DNA from: Octopus vulgaris
Lineage: Eukaryota
Length of the DNA stretch: 64,000 nt
Assembly: GCA_951406725.2 (NCBI GenBank)
Contig: OX597838.1
Span: forward strand, 12,834,001-12,898,000
Direction of reading: 5' to 3'
This document shows, piece after piece, positions 1 through 14,126 of this stretch. Under the pieces are notes generated by a model. The model saw nothing but the letters and a program-made list of their open reading frames with translations. It ran no database searches and was not told where the DNA came from. Position 1 is the first letter of the stretch. The number at the start of each line of letters is the position of its first letter. A program made the position numbers and the translations under genes.

Positions 1-1322
1 TATGTGGCACCTGCACTGGTGAGGGTCACCAAGTGACTTTGCAAGACAAAACGTCTTTGAGAGGGGAAGAGGCACTGGAGGATGTGATTTTGTGTCAGAT
101 GATGAAAGATTTGAGTGTCACAGAGAGGCAGAAATAGATGTCTTGCTGTAGAGGAGGTGCATGGTTACCCAACAAGGCAAGGGAGAGAGAGAGAAAGGAA
201 GAGAAAGAGAGTGAAAGTTAACAGGAGTGAGGGCAGAAACAGTTACCTAGATAGAGAGAGTGGGTGTTAACAAGAGATGTGCTGCTGTAAAGGAGATACA
301 AGGTTACCTAGCCAGGGGGTTAGGGCAAGGGAAGGACGGAGAGAGAGAGAGAGTGATCAAGAATTAGGGCAATAATGGATTTGTTGCTGTAGAGGAGATA
401 CGTGATTACTCAGCCAGAGGGGAGAGCAAGGGAAAGAGAGAGAGGGAGAGAGGGAGAGTAGGAGAGGGATGACGGCAAGAGGCAGGGTATCCTTGCAAGG
501 AACAGGGATCAGAGAATAGAGTAAGGAAAAGGGAGATGAATTGTGATATATATAGGAAACAAGTTTAAAATAATGGTTATTATATGTTTTTTTTCCTTTA
601 TTGGAGCTAACATTAAGTTATCTAAACTTTCGAAAATGCATTTCAGCAAAATGTAATTTTTAAATATATATTTAAAGAATTATGAATAAACAAAGCCAGG
701 GGAGGTAGAGAGAAAAATCTGTCATCGACAGCTCTGCAAAATTTAATTTCAACCTATGTATTTTCCAAAGAGTCCTGCAGAAACAAATTCCTTCCATAGT
801 TTTATAACGACGAACTCAGGAATTTAAAAAGAAAAAACACTTCAAAATCTGAACAACACCACGATTGTCTCCCCTTGCTATTTTCGGTGTCAACGAAAGG
901 CAGTAAGCAACTAAAATATATTCCGCAGCTTTCCACCTATTTATTATCAAAGATCGTTCAAAGAATTCAAGAATCTCTCTATATATATATATGTATATAT
1001 TATCCAACTTCCACTGCGCGATATTTTTCATGGCAAAATGTAAATCTTAAATAGTAAAGAAAACTACTTTGAATCACATGTGAAAAAGTAAAGGTCATGA
1101 TGAAACAAATAGTACTCTACCAGTTTAGTTCACAAAATAGACCCAGTACTTAAATGTATTATGATATATATATACATATATATACATATATATATACATA
1201 AATATATATGTATGAAACTACAGGAGTAGTTGAAAGCGATAATATGAAGAAATAATATGTGATATGTAAATAAATATATATTTTTGCAACCATCCAGCAT
1301 TCTGAACACATATTTTCTTTCA

Positions 1323-1363
<41 letters not shown>

Positions 1364-1593
1364 CCCATGCTAGCATGGAGAACGGACGTTAAACGATGAT
1401 GATTGGAATAATCATTAATTTCACCAAGTAGGGTTCGGCATGTAAAAGCCCCATTCAAGGAAGGTTTAAGTAATACTAAGTAATTAAGGGTTTAGCAACG
1501 ATTTAAGTAGAAAGAATAGCCAAAACTCTTTGACTGCTATTTCTAAATTCGGTGTGTGGTGAGGCAAATCGTTACTAAACCCTTAATTACTTA

Positions 1594-1653
<60 letters not shown>

Positions 1654-3116
1654 CGAAATGTTAGCACCAAGCAGAGTTTAGGCATAAGCAAAATGTAGGT
1701 TAGTTAAAATGAGTGTAGGACAAAGGCCCCATAGTTCAAGTGTAAAAGTGGACAGAAGCCCCACGGTTAAATTTTTCAACTATTTTTCGTTTTTTTTCTT
1801 CACCTTTTACTTGTTTGAGGCCATGCTGGCTTGAAGAATTTTTAGTTGAACATATGGACCCCAGAATTTTGTATATTTTTACTTGTTAGTTATAAGGCTG
1901 CGACCATGCTGGGGCACCACTTTTTGAAGAATTTTTAGTCGAATCTAACGACCCCAGATTTATTTTTAATGATTTTGAACCAGCACATGAACTTAAACCT
2001 AGAAGATAACTCCACATGCTAGAAATACCCCAAATCTCCTGAAATTTTTTTATAACTTCCTCGGTTTTTTTCTAAAAATCTTTTTACTTGTTTCAGTTAT
2101 TGGACTGCAGCCATACTGGGGCACCAGGTTGAAGAATTTTTGGTCGCAGAAAAATCTGCATTTTAAAATGTATATTTGAAGTCTTTTGTTTCCTTCTCTC
2201 AACATTTACAGCTTAATGAGACCTTTCCAAGTCAAGGAGTCTTTGAGAGGGGAGGGGTGCATTGGAGGAGGTGATCTATCATGCATTACATTGTAGCTTT
2301 GAGATTTATTATTTTTAGAATCGCACTGAAGGGTAGGTGTGAGTGGCTAGATATGGGCAGTTTGAATGTAAGACACGTAGAATATTTGGGCTGGATACAA
2401 CCAGTTTAAATAACTGATTACAAGTTGATGAACACTTTCAGCATCCATTCATCTGCTGTCAATGAATTCATGACACCATTACAATCAAAATGAAATCTTC
2501 CTTCTTCAACTTTTGACAAATTTTTGCTAAAATGACCAGATAGCTCATCTCCAAAAAGATTGGTTTGTGTTTGTAGACAGCTTGAAAATTTTAACTTTAA
2601 TTCAAAGCAATGACAATCTAAAGCAAACGCAAGATTTCATTGGCATCAGTTCTTTTTGGGATCACAGGTAGGGTCAGATGGATTGCAATGTCCTGTTTAG
2701 GGCTTCCAGAAATCCCTTGTTAAGCATTGTACATTTATCTCAAACAATCATTCCCAAGTTCTTAGCAAAAAGAGTCTGACAGCAGAATGTGCTGTACAGC
2801 TCCCGGGAAGAAGTGTAGCAACATCATCTAAAGAAACACCTGCAATAGCTATACCTTTATACTGACAGGCTTTGATAAGCAACAAACTGATCTCAAATGT
2901 CTTTCCAATCCCACCATGGACATCAAGGAAGCAAGTTTCGACTTCATAATGAATGCAGTTAAAAATGACAGGAAAGACTGCCCTCTGGTTTGCAATGAGT
3001 TTGGGTTCACCACCAACATATATGTCTCTCGACATTTCTGTTGCTAAATCATTGACTTCAGTGTAGATAGATTAAGGAGGCCATAGTTTGGAAGTTCTTG
3101 ACCATTTATATCCTTT

Positions 3117-3404
3117 ATCCGATTGTGGCTGTTGCCAGCCTCGCCTGGCCCCCGTGCCGGTGGCACGTAAAAAGCACCATCCGATCGTGGCTGTTTGCCA
3201 GCCCCGTCTGGCACCTGTGCCGGTGGCACATAAAAAGCACCCACTACACTCTCAGAGTGGTTGGCGTTAGGAAGGGCATCCAGCCATAGAAAAATTGTCA
3301 AATCAGACTGGGCCTGGTGCAGCCTTCTGGCTTCCCAGACCCCAGTTGAACCGTCCAACCCATGCTAGCATGGAAAGCGGACGCTAAATGATGATGATGA
3401 TGAT
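3117..3404 (+). mobile_element. 5'-truncated RTE-type LINE 3' end with (GAT)n tail
   Basis: ggttggcgttaggaagggcatccagc...ccatgctagcatggaaagcggacgctaaatgatgatgat, plus the internal ~60-bp repeats that follow the RTE ORF end at 11800-12395. Confidence 0.75.
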
Positions 3405-4249
3405 GCTGATCTTGTCAATGAGGATGACATAACAGATTTCATCTGTGTACCCTATTTCCAAACCAGGGTACAGAGATGAAATCTGTGTCCCCAGACAGGG
3501 TACACATCATCATGATACTTGAGCCAAAACTACTACACATCGGATGGCTCACAGCATTTAAACAACATGGTGAAGGAATACCTAAAACTCAAGGCTGTTT
3601 GAAATAGAGAAGCTTTTGTCTCTATCACCTGCCACTGTGCATCAATCTCCAGTAATCCAAATATAAACATGTCTTTCAATAAGTGGTATACACTCTGCCA
3701 TTGACTATTTGAATGTCTTTAAATGAATTTTATCCTTGCACTTTATGGAAAAGAAGTCGTCAAAACAATTATTCATGTTAACTGATATTTACAGTATATC
3801 CTTTTCCAACAGCAAATTGGCTTTCAACTGGGGTGCTTTGCTTTTTTCATCTCTATTGCTTGTTGTTCCATGTATGCCAAGACAGAATCTGACATAGCAG
3901 CAAAGAAAGTATAAAGACACACCTTGAGAAAGGCTATAAACAACATGTCCCATGGGTTTGGTGCTTGCTATACAGCAGCTGCAGGAATGAAGTGAGCCCA
4001 TGGGCCAATTTCCAAGTGGACACAAGTTATAGAATGCTGTATCATTTTCATGAAGGATAAGAAGGCCTCATTGTTACAGGTTCATTGTCCCTGTTGGAAA
4101 TGGATAAGTTTATCATGGCTGTTTAGTCTTGTCAAATCTCTTGATGACATATTTTAATCTTTTAACATTATTCTGTCAAATGTAATGCTTATTTATTCAT
4201 GCTGTGTTCAATTAATTATGCATTTACTCATAACTTCAAAATTTTGATG

Positions 4250-4600
4250 ATGTCATCATCATTATCATCATCATTTAACGTCCGTTTTCCATGCTAGCAT
4301 GGGTTGGATGATTCAACTGGGGTCTGGTAAGCCATGGAAGCTGCACCAGGCTCTAGTCTGATTTGGCAGTGTTTCTACAGCTGGATGCCCTTCCTAATGC
4401 CAACCACTCCGTGAGTGTAGTGAGTGTTTTTTACGTGCCACCGGCACAGGGGCCAGAGTAGGATGGCAAACGGCCACGATTGGTTGGTGCTTTTATGTGT
4501 CACCGACACGGACGCCAGTCAGGCGGCGCTGGCATCTGCCACGTTCGGACGGTGCTTTTTACATGTCACCGGCACGGGTGTCTTAACTACAATTTCCATT
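4250..4600 (-). mobile_element. RTE LINE 3' end copy
   Basis: Same family as 3117-3404 in reverse orientation, starting with (CAT)n. Confidence 0.75.
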
Positions 4601-5224
4601 TGAATGTAATTGTATGTTTTTAGAATGACATTGTAGGATAGGTGTAAGAAGCTGGATGTGGCCAGTATGAACATAAGCAGAATATTTGGACTGGATAATG
4701 GCTGATTTAATTGTGCTAAAGAGTTAAGGTATATTTGAACTTTACTGAATTGCAGAACTCAAAATTGAGGTGTGCATTAAATGTCTTTGTCGGGAGGGAA
4801 AAAAAAAAAGGATCATCCATTTGTTACCCATTTCATGCTGTTCAACAAAGATTTGGAAGCCTCTATCTTTCAGCGCTTTTCTTCTGTAGAAGGGAGAACC
4901 ATCTTCGCATGTTTGGGTCCCTTTAACAAGCAGAAACTGTTTGGTGCATTTGCTATTTCCCATGTGAAATGAATCCCTGTTGAAATCAAGGCAACGATCA
5001 TAAATCATCTCAATTTTACCAATACTGAAGAACTCCTTCTTCCAACAAGTCTGGAGGCTCTGTAGATATCATCATCCACGTCATCAACCCTTGGAGATTA
5101 TTGTCTTCAGTTCTAGGACTCAAAAGGACTGGTTACCCAGTTTGCATGCTGACCGAAATCACAACATTGCCTACTAGTTCACTGTAAAAGTCTTTTGGGT
5201 AGTCATGCATCAGATGTTCAAAAC

Positions 5225-5405
5225 TAGATCGTTAGCCACTACACATTTTTTTTTTCTCCTTGTTTTTTCTGTGTCCCTTTCTGTAGAAGAGCATAGGCTC
5301 GAAACGTAAAAGACTTTTTCTATTCCTGAGCGTTATACTAAGACATTTGTTTGTTTTGTACATCACCTGTCTTTGTCTTTTGTTTTTTTCATAAAATCTC
5401 CCTAC
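5225..5405 (+). mobile_element. Short Penelope-like repeat carrying a minimal hammerhead-like motif (5277-5312)
   Basis: Homologous to 32750-32960. Motif: cttt CTGTAGA a gagc atag gctc GAAAC GTA aaag. Confidence 0.55.
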
Positions 5406-5441
5406 ATATATATATACACACACACAAATACATATATACAC

Positions 5442-5484
<43 letters not shown>

Positions 5485-5669
5485 TGTGTGTGTGGAAACA
5501 GAGATAGTGGTTATAATAACCGACTAAGGGATAAAATATCTGTATGTACTATCGGTATCCATTACCCGTGTTACTACTAGGTATTGGTGTACAGGCACAC
5601 TAAGCATGTAGAGTGTAGGTAACAATTACAAATAATCATTTTCTGATTATTTGTATGTGTGTGTGTGTG

Positions 5670-5977
5670 TGTGCAATGGCCCAGTGGTTAGGGCAGTGGA
5701 CTCGCGGTCGTAGGAACGCAGTTTCGATTCTCAGACTGGGCATGTGAGTGTTTATCGAGTGAAAACACCTAAAGCTCCACGAGGCTCCGGCAGGGAAGGG
5801 GTGGTGATCCCTGCTGTACTCTTTCGCCACAACTTTGACTCACTCTTTCTTCTGTTGGCCTGCCCGCTTAGCCAGCGGGGTGGCGTCATTTGAAGGCTAA
5901 AACAATGCGAAGCGCATTGTGACCAGCGATGTGTAGCAACATCTGACAGCCTGGTCAGTCACGGGGATCACGGTGAT
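5670..5977 (+). mobile_element. tRNA-derived SINE, family C
   Basis: tRNA-like head gcaatggcccagtggttagggcagtggactcgcggtcg...gtttcgattc with A and B boxes; homologous to 22640-22928. Confidence 0.75.
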
Positions 5978-6540
5978 ATATATATATATAACGTAGGTGC
6001 AGGAATGGTAGTGTGGTCAAAAAGTCTGCTTTCAAACCAATGCTCTCACATTCAATTCTAGTACAGCATGGTACTTTGGGCAAGAGACTTCAACAATAGC
6101 CCAGGACCAACCAAAGACCTCTGAATGGATTTAGTAAATGGAAACCTGTACTTCAGATTTTTTGCAAACAACTTGCATATAGATGCAAGTGCTACAAGCT
6201 CCGCATACTGGATGTTAGCAAGTTTATGGGGTCACTAGGAGAGAATGTGTATTATATATATATATATACACACACACACAAAGACATGATAATACATATA
6301 GAAACACACGTTATATACATAGTCCCACATCACCGCTTAACAACCGGAACTAGTTTGTTTATGACCCCGTAACATAGCGGTTCAGCATGAGAGACCGATA
6401 GAAAGAGTATTGTGGGTTGATTTGTTCGACTAAAATTCTTCAAGGCGATGCCCCAGTATGGCCGCAGTCCAATGACTGAAACGAGTAAAAAATAAAAACG
6501 ATAAACCATAATATATACATACATACATATATATATATAC

Positions 6541-6584
<44 letters not shown>

Positions 6585-7932
6585 CTGTATCATGTGATCA
6601 CAGAAAGACTGAAGTCTGAAAAACAAAAGATGCAACGGACTCGTCGCGGCTGGAAGGCCTTTTTCATCGTAGGTGTTGCTTGATTAGAGTTGACCTAGGG
6701 TTAAACAACAACAACACCGTGTAGGTGTTTCACTGTGTAGAATTATAATCACTTCACTAATTAACTGTCATCAATAAACAAATCCGATGTAACACACATA
6801 TATATGTATGATGAGTGTGTGCACATCTTTTGTGTATGTGTGCAGAGTGTCACACATGCACTTAAGCAAGACAGACAATGAAAATCTTGATAGTTCGTGG
6901 GAAAATAAATAGACGTGATTTTCAAATATATATATCAAGGCATAAATGTTTACAAAAATACATTTAGATATATATATATATATATTTGTTTTAATAAATA
7001 CAAAGGATAGAGGTTAAAGTTTGGTTTACATGTTGGTGGGGTTTTGAGGGAAAGATGAAAAAGGGGGTAACTTTAAACAGGGCTGGATCGGATTGTCTCA
7101 CTAAAAACAAATAAATCACACGAAGGACTCTTTCAAAAGAAACTAGTTTGTTTTCCTTTCATTTCTTTTTTATCTTTTTTAAATACAAAAATACTAAAAT
7201 GAGGGGAACACACGAGAGAAAAACGAGCAGAATTTAGCAGCCAAACCTGAAGATGTGTTGATAGCTAGTAAGAAGTCCCTTCCACCATGACCACCACAAG
7301 ACCAAAAATATAGATTAGAAGAAAATATTGACTGTAAACACATCTCTTTGACACCAGAATTCAATTAAATGGTTTTAGATAAAGAGAAAAATATGCAATT
7401 CTGATAGAACCTGAATAAAACACAATACTATTTTGTCTATATGAACGGAGCAAACAACCAAAAGTTAATACAGAAATCCAATCATTGTTATTCCTACAAC
7501 TTCTAAATTACATTCGCCTTAGCTTCCTATATATATATATATATATACATACATCCACAGATTCTTCTCTTTATTTTTTAAATGGTAGAGAGAGAAAAAA
7601 GACAAACATGATTGTTTTCTCATAGTTTCGATGTGTCTTTATTATTATTATTATTATTAAAAATCTCTTATATAGAGTCCAACACAAAGAAGGGAATCTT
7701 GTCCCACTCCAACAATTGTTTATTGCTGTGAGAAGACAGTTTATTGCTTTATTCTGTCTGTGGTTTTTAGAGGCGACGAAGACGATACTGTGACATTCGG
7801 TTAGAAATATTAACCAAGACACTTAAGATCGTCATGAGGGGCAATTATATATTCTCATCTTTTAGTCGTATTTCCAGAAAGATAGCCATCCATCCATACA
7901 TATATACACACATATATATAATATATATACAC

Positions 7933-7970
<38 letters not shown>

Positions 7971-8044
7971 CATACACAGTAGATATATACACATTATATT
8001 TCCAGAAAGGTAGCCATCCATCCATACATATATATAATATATAT

Positions 8045-8093
<49 letters not shown>

Positions 8094-8134
8094 CATAGCA
8101 GATATATATACACAGATTATATTATATGTATATA

Positions 8135-8182
<48 letters not shown>

Positions 8183-9206
8183 CTCTGTATATATATATGT
8201 GTGTGTGTGTATTGCATACGTAGCTGTGAAAAAACATTTTCTCTGTTGCTAACTTTTTTTCCTCAACAATAAACATTAAATCCTAAACCATTATCTTGTT
8301 GTTTCATCTCACTTTCCTCACGGCAAGTGTTTATGTTATGTTATTTCTTTATTCGTTCGTCGATGTTACTAATATTGTGAAGTTAGCATCTCTCTGTTAT
8401 GTTGTATATATTAATACATGTCAAACAATAAGCAACACTTTCGAACTAGTCCGACCCATAATGGGGGATCGTTTCCACATAGATTTCATCTATTAAACTG
8501 ATCCCCCACTTCTCGTCCACCCGAGACTGAAATTTAGAAACATGTTGGCTGAGTCAGGGGGAGGTAATCGCGGTTAAACCAATTTTTCAAAACTACTAAA
8601 GTCGGACGAGAAATTTCACAAAATTCGCCTAAATCGGGCTTTATTTAAATAAAATAGACTTAATTGTTAGCTTGGACGGATTAATCGAGACATGTAGGAT
8701 GTAACTGACACTAAAAAACAATCGAGATGGTTGTTTGCAAACGTTTGATCGATGGGGAAGAGAAATAAAAATGTAGTTTGTACAGAGGGAAAGACAAGAG
8801 AGAAATTTAAGTTGATGGAATAAAGAGAGGAATTGTCGAAGATAGTACAATAAAAATATAGGAAAATATTGCAAAAGTGGGGTAAAATGACCAGGGAAAA
8901 TAGGAGTTGAGCACAATGATTGAGAAGCGATGGGTGAGAGAATATTTTTAGCGGGTATTTAATGACGGATAGACACTGTTTTGTCGGATTGGCTTTTCAC
9001 CGCCTTTGGATGTGTTAAGTTTGTCAAGCACTGACACTTCTCGGCGATTAAGAGCTGGGATTTCAAAGCAGACAAACTGAACATTCTAAGAATCTTGCAG
9101 ACAACACTTGACTGACAGAAGGAAAATCATTAAGATGGCTAACATGCATTAAATAAACAGACAGATAGAGAAAAAGAAGTACAGCGGTTAACGAAGAAAG
9201 CTTCAC

Positions 9207-9254
9207 CTCCATCAAACCTCCTGACGTGTCTAGGTCGTACTCCACCGTTGTCAT
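9207..9254 (-). CDS. PHF12: PHD finger protein 12, first coding exon
   Basis: Translates MTTVEYDLDTSGGLME, followed by a GTGAAG donor. Matches the recalled PHF12 N-terminus (..YDLDTSGGLME|QIQALLAPP). CpG-richer upstream sequence. Downstream exons not identified in the window. Confidence 0.8.
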
Positions 9255-9660
9255 CGTTATTTTCTTTCCGAGGAAAGGCCAGACTTCAAACGGTTGTTTA
9301 GGTGCGTGTTTCCTCTTTTCTGCTTATATATATATATTCCCTTTTGGTTGTCCGAATGCCACATTCAGTTGTTCAGATGTCTTGGGTCTGTCGAGTGTAG
9401 CATGCTGCCGATGTCACTGCAGGCAGCTCATCTCAACGGTGTTTCTATGAGACTGACTGAACGAGTGAGCGAGAGTAAGAGAGAGAGAGAGAGACACGGA
9501 GAGAAAGGAAATAATGTTTGTGTGAACAAGAAATCCTAAATACATTTACCACTTTGAATAGCGACTAGGAAATCTTTTATGAATAAATCTTTTCCCTGCT
9601 TTTAACCGTGCATTTCCAGCTTCTGTTATGCTTCCATAAATATAGATAAATAGACGTATA

Positions 9661-10062
9661 GGCGCAGGTGTAGCTATGCAAGTAAGAAGCTTGCTTCCCA
9701 ACAACATTGTTCCAGGTTTAGTACCATTACGTGACACCTTAGGCAAGTGTCTTCTACGATAGCCTCCCCACTAAAGCTTTGTCTGTGGATTTGGTAGACG
9801 GAAACTAAAAGAAGCCCGTCGTATATATATATATATATATGTGCGTGTGTGTGTGTCTTTGCGTCTTTGTTGTCCCCACTACTGCTTCACAACCGGTGTT
9901 GGTGTGTTTACGTTCCCGTAACTCAGCGTTTCGGCAAAAGAGACGGATAGTATAAGTACCACGCTTAACAAAATAATAAATACTGGGGTCGATTCATCGG
10001 ACTAAAAGTTCCTGAAGGCGGTGCCCCAGCATGGCAGGAGTCTATGAAACAAGTAAAAGATA
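9661..10062 (+). mobile_element. tRNA-derived CORE-type SINE, family A
   Basis: ggcgcagg..gctatgcaagtaagaagc head, accttaggcaagt CORE-like motif, internal (TA)n/(TG)n, gaaacaagtaaaaga tail. Confidence 0.75.
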
Positions 10063-10985
10063 AAGATATATTTGTGTGGGTGTATATATGTGTAGGTGTG
10101 TGTATGAATGTATGTGTGTACGTATAAATGTATGGATGTGTGTATATATATAGGAAAAAAAACGTAGAGTATAAACATAAATGTATATATAATACGCATG
10201 TATATGTATGTGTAATATACATTATATATATATATACCTATCTATATATGTGTAAGTATATATATGTGTGTGTTTGAGTATGTGAATATATCTGTAGGTA
10301 TACATGAATATATATATATATGTGTGTGTGTGTACATTGTAATTGTGATGGGACCCTGCATCATCCAACAGCTCTGTCAAGATCCTTAAATCACAATACG
10401 ACAGAGCAAACTAATGACAGGTTGGATTCCTACTTTGATTTTCCCCCCATTTTACCATTAGTTAATGTAACCTTTAAAGCTCTCTCTCCATAATTTGTGA
10501 CCCTGCACCATTCTTTTTAATCATGTTATTGTTACATTTTAAATAAATCTGACCTCAGTCTATCAGTGTATTTTAAGACACCGATCTATCAACATTTCAT
10601 ATACCATCACAGCAGTGGCTGTTTAGGAGAACCTTGGTTAAGTGTTCTTCACCCATCCAAATTACATGACTATTCTATGTCGGACCTAAATAAGACAGTC
10701 TTCGATACCAGAAATATTGCATTTCTTGAAAAATTCACATTACAAACTTAATCCTTCCATTTGTATTCACAGATACTATGCAAACAGCTTTTGTGGAAAT
10801 TATCCAATTTGTCTATATTGGACCTATAAGGATTCCAGGTTTTAGGTCTATAAAGTAAGGACTGCTTCTTACTATATACACCAGTTTTCATTTTCAGAAT
10901 ATCCATTCCAGACAGGTGCTACAATATACCAAAGGATGTAGTTATTTTGGATAATTTCTTGATGATCGCATTATCCTGGGAAACT

Positions 10986-11368
10986 CTCTCTTTTACTTGT
11001 TTCAGTCATTTGACTGCGGCCATGCTGGAGCACCACCTTTAGTCGAGCAAATCGACCCCGGGACTTATTCTTTGTAAGCCCAGTACTTATTCTATCGGTC
11101 TCTTTTGCCGAACCGCTAAGTGACGGGGACGTAAACACACCAGCATCGGTTGTCAAGCAATGCTAGGGGGACAAACACATACACACATATATATATATAT
11201 AGACATATATACGACAGGCTTCTTTCAGTTTCCGTCTACCAAATCCACTCACAAGGCATTGGTCAGCCCGGGGGCTATAGCAGAAGACAGTTGCCCAAGA
11301 TGCCACGCAGTGGGACTGAACCCAGAACCATGTGGTTGGTTAGCAAGCTACTTACCACACAGCCACAC
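10986..11368 (-). mobile_element. SINE family A copy
   Basis: Reverse complement of the 39449-39832 copy. Confidence 0.8.
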
Positions 11369-11799
11369 ATGCATTAATTTGACAATGCAAATAAGAAAAA
11401 TATTTTATAAATTTTAGATCATGGTCATGCATTTGTATGTGATTTCTCTGGAAAAATAACCACAGATTGGGTAAATAAAGGTGAAACTAAAGATTATTGA
11501 GCCTTGTGAAGGAATATGGCTACAAGTTCTGCATTATCAGTTAGCATGTTGAAAAAACAAAGTTTTCCCTGTTCAATGCATTCCCTGTGAAAACAGTCCT
11601 CCTTCAATACAAGAAATAAATCTGATTCTGTTGTCTCAAGTCTTTGAAAATTTAATCAAGTATAACTGAGAAATGAATAAGAATACAAGAGCAAAGACAA
11701 CCATGCTTGGTGCCATTGCTGACCCCAAAGGATCTGATAATTATCCATCTGAAATAACAATAGGTTTCATACCATATGAAAGGATTTGATCATATTTAG

Positions 11800-12395
11800 C
11801 ATGGTGCTTTTTATGTGCCACCTGCACAGGAACCAGTCCAATGGCACTGGCAACGACCCCGCTCGAATGTTTTTTTTCACGTGCCACCAGCACAAGCGCC
11901 AGTAAGGCGACGTGGGTAACGATCATGCTTTTTACGTGCCATTGGCACGGAGGCCACCTTGTTGCTCTTGCAACAATCACGCTCATATGGTACTCTTAGC
12001 ACTCCACTAGCACAGATGCCAGTCATCGAATTTGATTTCACTTGCCTCAACAGGTCTTCACAAGTAGAGTTTAGTGTCCAAGTGAAGGAAAGGTACACAT
12101 ATTTGGGCTGGTTACACCCCTGGCATAAGCACAAGGTTATGGTCACACTTGAGCTTGCCGAGTCTTCTCAAGCACAGCATACTTCCAAAGGTCCCGGTCA
12201 CTAGTCATTGCTTCGGTGAGGCCCAATGTTTGAAGGTCATGCTTCACCACCTTATCCCAGGTCTTCTTGGGTCTACCTCTTCCACAAGTTCCCTCAACCG
12301 CTAGGGTGTGGCACTTTTTCACACAGGTATCCGCATCCGCATCCATTCTTGCAACATGGCCATACCAGCACAGTCGTCTCTCTTACACACCACAT
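11800..12395 (-). mobile_element. RTE-clade LINE fragment: RT ORF C-terminus plus repeat-containing 3' UTR
   Basis: ORF 12143-12346 VEGTCGRGRPKKTWDKVVKHDLQTLGL...DRDLWKYAV is a typical RTE C-terminus. It is followed by tggtgctttttacgtgccacc-type repeats shared with the dispersed short copies. Confidence 0.8.
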
Positions 12396-13299
12396 ACTTG
12401 CATGCACACACACACGTGTATATATATATATATGTGTGTGTGTATATACATATATATATATATATATATATTATAAATATAAAATCATAATTATAAATAT
12501 AAATTAATTTTAAATTTAAATAATTTAAATTTTATATTTTATATATTTTGTAAATTATATTAATTATTTTTATTTTTATGTTTTGGTTTATGTTTTTCAC
12601 TGTTTGATTTGCCTAATAGTGGTTTTATCTCTAATTTAATTTATATATATATATAAGGTGCAGGTATGGTTGTGTAGTTAGGAAGTTTGTTTCCCAACCA
12701 TGTTGTCTTGAGTTCAATCCTCACTGCATGGTACCTTGGGAAAGTATCTTCAACTAAAGCCCCCAGGTTGACTAAAGCCTTGTGAATGGATTTGATAGAT
12801 GGAAACCGAAAGTTGCCCATCCTGTATACTTATATCTGAATGTGTGTGTTTATTTGCATGTGACCTTGTCTTGACATCAAGTGATGACTACAAAACAAGT
12901 ACAACTGTCATATAAGCGATGTTGTTCTTTTCTAGTTTTCCATGAAGAACATGTCTGGCAAATGAGAAATATCATTTTGGTTGGAAACTAGTGAAGATTG
13001 GCAATGGAAAGGGCATCCAACCATAGAAATTCTGCTGTAACAAATTCCGTCTGACTCATGCAAGCATAGCAAAGTGCAAATTAAACAATATTGATGGAGA
13101 TACTGATGATGTACTGTATACTAAGTAAATGAAATCCCTAGTTAGTGACCAGAGGGGGAGGCTGTCCTTCCAATCAGTCGTGGGTGCCACTGGATAATGG
13201 TTTATGGTGATGATTCGTGGAATGACATCACCAGGTTTATAAAGAGATTTTATGTCAGACAATTCCATAACTTTATGACTTCTAATGGTGTGCGTGCAT

Positions 13300-13527
13300 T
13301 TAACCCTTTCGTTACCAACCCGGCTGAAACCAGCTCTGGCTCTGAGTACAAATGTCTTGTTTTCAAAAGTTTTGAACTAAAATCTTCCACCAAACCTGAG
13401 TCACAATTTATGCTCCTAACACTAGCTGAATGATGACTAAGTTATTTTACTAAATTCTTTGTTATATTTAAAGTAATTGAAAGAAACACAGAGCTTCTCA
13501 GAATAAATACAGTAATGAAAGGGTTAA
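13300..13527. mobile_element. piggyBac-type MITE
   Basis: TTAA-ccctttcgttac ... gtaatgaaaggg-TTAA. Confidence 0.85.
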
Positions 13528-14126
13528 TATAATGCACAAATAAGGTGGTGAGCTGATAGAGTTGTTAGCATGCCAGGTAAAATGCTGCTAACTTACCCCT
13601 CCCCACAAAATTGCTGACCTTGTACTAAAATTTGAAACCAGATGGTGCTTAGATATTAAATAGATTAACAAAAAATACAGCCAGCAGAAGCCTCAGTTGA
13701 CTCGAATATAAATGCTTGAGTTTTTTTTTGTTTTTTTTTTCTCTAGTTTCAGCTCAGAGCTGCGGCCATGCTGATGCACCGCCGTTAGAAAAAGTTTGAA
13801 AATCTTCACTTCTAACATAGCACGAAAACTTTCATCAACATCAAAAGGACTGCAGTGGTGTGAACTGAATCATTGTGACTAGGGTTTGATGGAAGATTTT
13901 AAATTCAAAACTTGTGAAAACAAGACATTTGTACTCAGAACCAGAGCTGGTTTCAGCCAGATTGGTAACGAAAGGGTTAAAGGTTTTGTTGTCTGTGCAC
14001 CCTATGTGTGCTCCTGGTTTGTTTTGTAGTAAGAATTAGCTGGTTACTTATTTGTATGGTGAAAGGTGAGGATATTGTGTTCATGGTATCTGCTTGAAGA
14101 AGTGCACTGAAGATGAAGTGATTCTT

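Larger units (their letters stand above)
2430..5100 (-). mobile_element. Decayed autonomous Helitron (Rep/PIF1-helicase fragments), interrupted by RTE LINE ends; boundaries approximate
   Basis: ORF 2748-3035 (FLDVHGGIGKTFEISLLL...AIAGVS..VATLLPGSCTAHSAVRL) matches PIF1 helicase motifs I/Ia of Helitrons. ORF 4742-5008 (KCTKQFL..TQTCEDGSPFYRR) resembles the Helitron Rep region. Both are on the same strand and frameshifted. Confidence 0.75.

Noticed and set aside
7845-8276. Y/I/H/T/C/V-rich ORFs (also 58346-58798 and 60852-61318)
   Set aside because: Dinucleotide microsatellite translations.
1-9206. PHF12 exon 2 (QIQ..APP / PHD finger)
   Set aside because: No matching minus-strand peptide was found by eye; it probably lies beyond the window's left edge.
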